A program made the position numbers and the translations under genes. Shown piece by piece: positions 63,501 through 64,000 of a stretch of 64,000 nucleotides of DNA; position 1 is the first letter of the stretch, and each line of letters starts with the position of its first letter. The notes beneath the pieces are model-generated. The model was not told where the DNA came from. It worked only from the letters and a program-made list of their open reading frames with translations, and searched no databases. The stretch comes from Pocillopora damicornis. Its lineage: Eukaryota. The stretch lies in NCBI RefSeq assembly GCF_003704095.1, contig NW_020844647.1:186001-250000 (forward strand). Reading direction: 5' to 3'.

Positions 63501-63565
63501 GGTGCAAAGGTTGTTCTCTCAAAGCTCCCCATTGGAGATGTCGCCACACAATATTTTGCTGATAG
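60532..63565 (+). CDS. CCT7: T-complex protein 1 subunit eta, partial (continues past the right edge)
   Basis: Exons 60532-60537 (ATGATG|gt), 60715-60868, 60977-61083, 61939-62064, 62171-62223, 62450-62786, 63432-63565. Motifs: [77 protein letters not shown]. Confidence 0.96.
62972..63169. mobile_element. piggyBac-type MITE (family 1, degenerate)
   Basis: Starts TTAACCCTTT and ends ggTTAA; internal match to family 1. Confidence 0.6.
63174..63257 (+). ncRNA. Candidate intronic box C/D snoRNA
   Basis: C box ATGATGA at 63185-63191, D box CTGA at 63248-63251, terminal stem cacttc/gaagtg, 84 nt, in an intron of a chaperonin gene. No target was identified. Confidence 0.5.
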
Positions 63566-63800
63566 GTTAGACTTTCTTTTATCATATTTCCTCTCTGAAA
63601 TGCATCCCTCAAATACACCCTGCTCTCGATCAATCCTTTTCACGCTAATATCAGCATGCATATTCTCCATACTGTTCTCTGTACATTTCTTAAGGAGCTG
63701 ACAACGTTTCCTTTATTCTCCTGACCTTCAAGTTTGATTTAGAGGTGATAATGTAACCAGAAATTTGATGCTAGGTACTCCTAAGGGTCAAAGGTTTACT

Positions 63801-63970
63801 TGCAGCAGACTGAGCCAGAATGACCATTGAATGCAACCCTTGAACAAAAGCTGCACCCAATCAGAAGAACGTGGCATTTATTTGTTGACTATTAGGAACT
63901 AAAGTTTGGTGAAACTCTGAAAATACCAATCCTTCATTTCCTAGTATAACATATCAAAAACCATACAGTT
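63801..63970 (+). ncRNA. Candidate intronic H/ACA snoRNA
   Basis: Hairpin tgcagc...gctgca, then H box AGAAGA, then a hairpin gtgg..tgtt..taggaa..ttggt/accaa..ttccta..aaca..ccat, then ACA followed by 3 nt. No target was identified. Confidence 0.4.
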
Positions 63971-64000
63971 GCGATGCTACCTCACCAGAAAAATGTCTGG

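Overview
Gene-dense, intron-rich, AT-rich eukaryotic (metazoan) DNA with six assembly gaps. The repeat families and gene content suggest a scleractinian coral or another cnidarian (inference). In order: the 5' half of a divergent gasdermin-like gene (-, runs off the left edge); a decayed coactosin-like (COTL1) fragment (+); WDR34/DYNC2I2 (-) head-to-head with FAM184A/B (+) across a short promoter holding an RFX X-box; an intronless AT-hook/HMG-like gene (-); CDC23/APC8 (-) with a 66-bp tandem amplification of one splice acceptor; a ~15-kb array of five copies of a secreted collagen + trimer-neck + fibrinogen-related/intelectin-like gene (one intact, one frameshifted, one inverted and incomplete, two orphan domain pseudo-exons) with patchwork variation in the putative recognition domain; and ENTPD4/7 (-) head-to-head with CCT7 (+, runs off the right edge), whose introns hold candidate snoRNAs. 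Introns carry many TTAA-flanked piggyBac-type MITEs and tRNA-derived SINEs. All exon structures were read by hand from GT-AG sites and phase continuity. Protein identities come from recalled motifs, not database searches.
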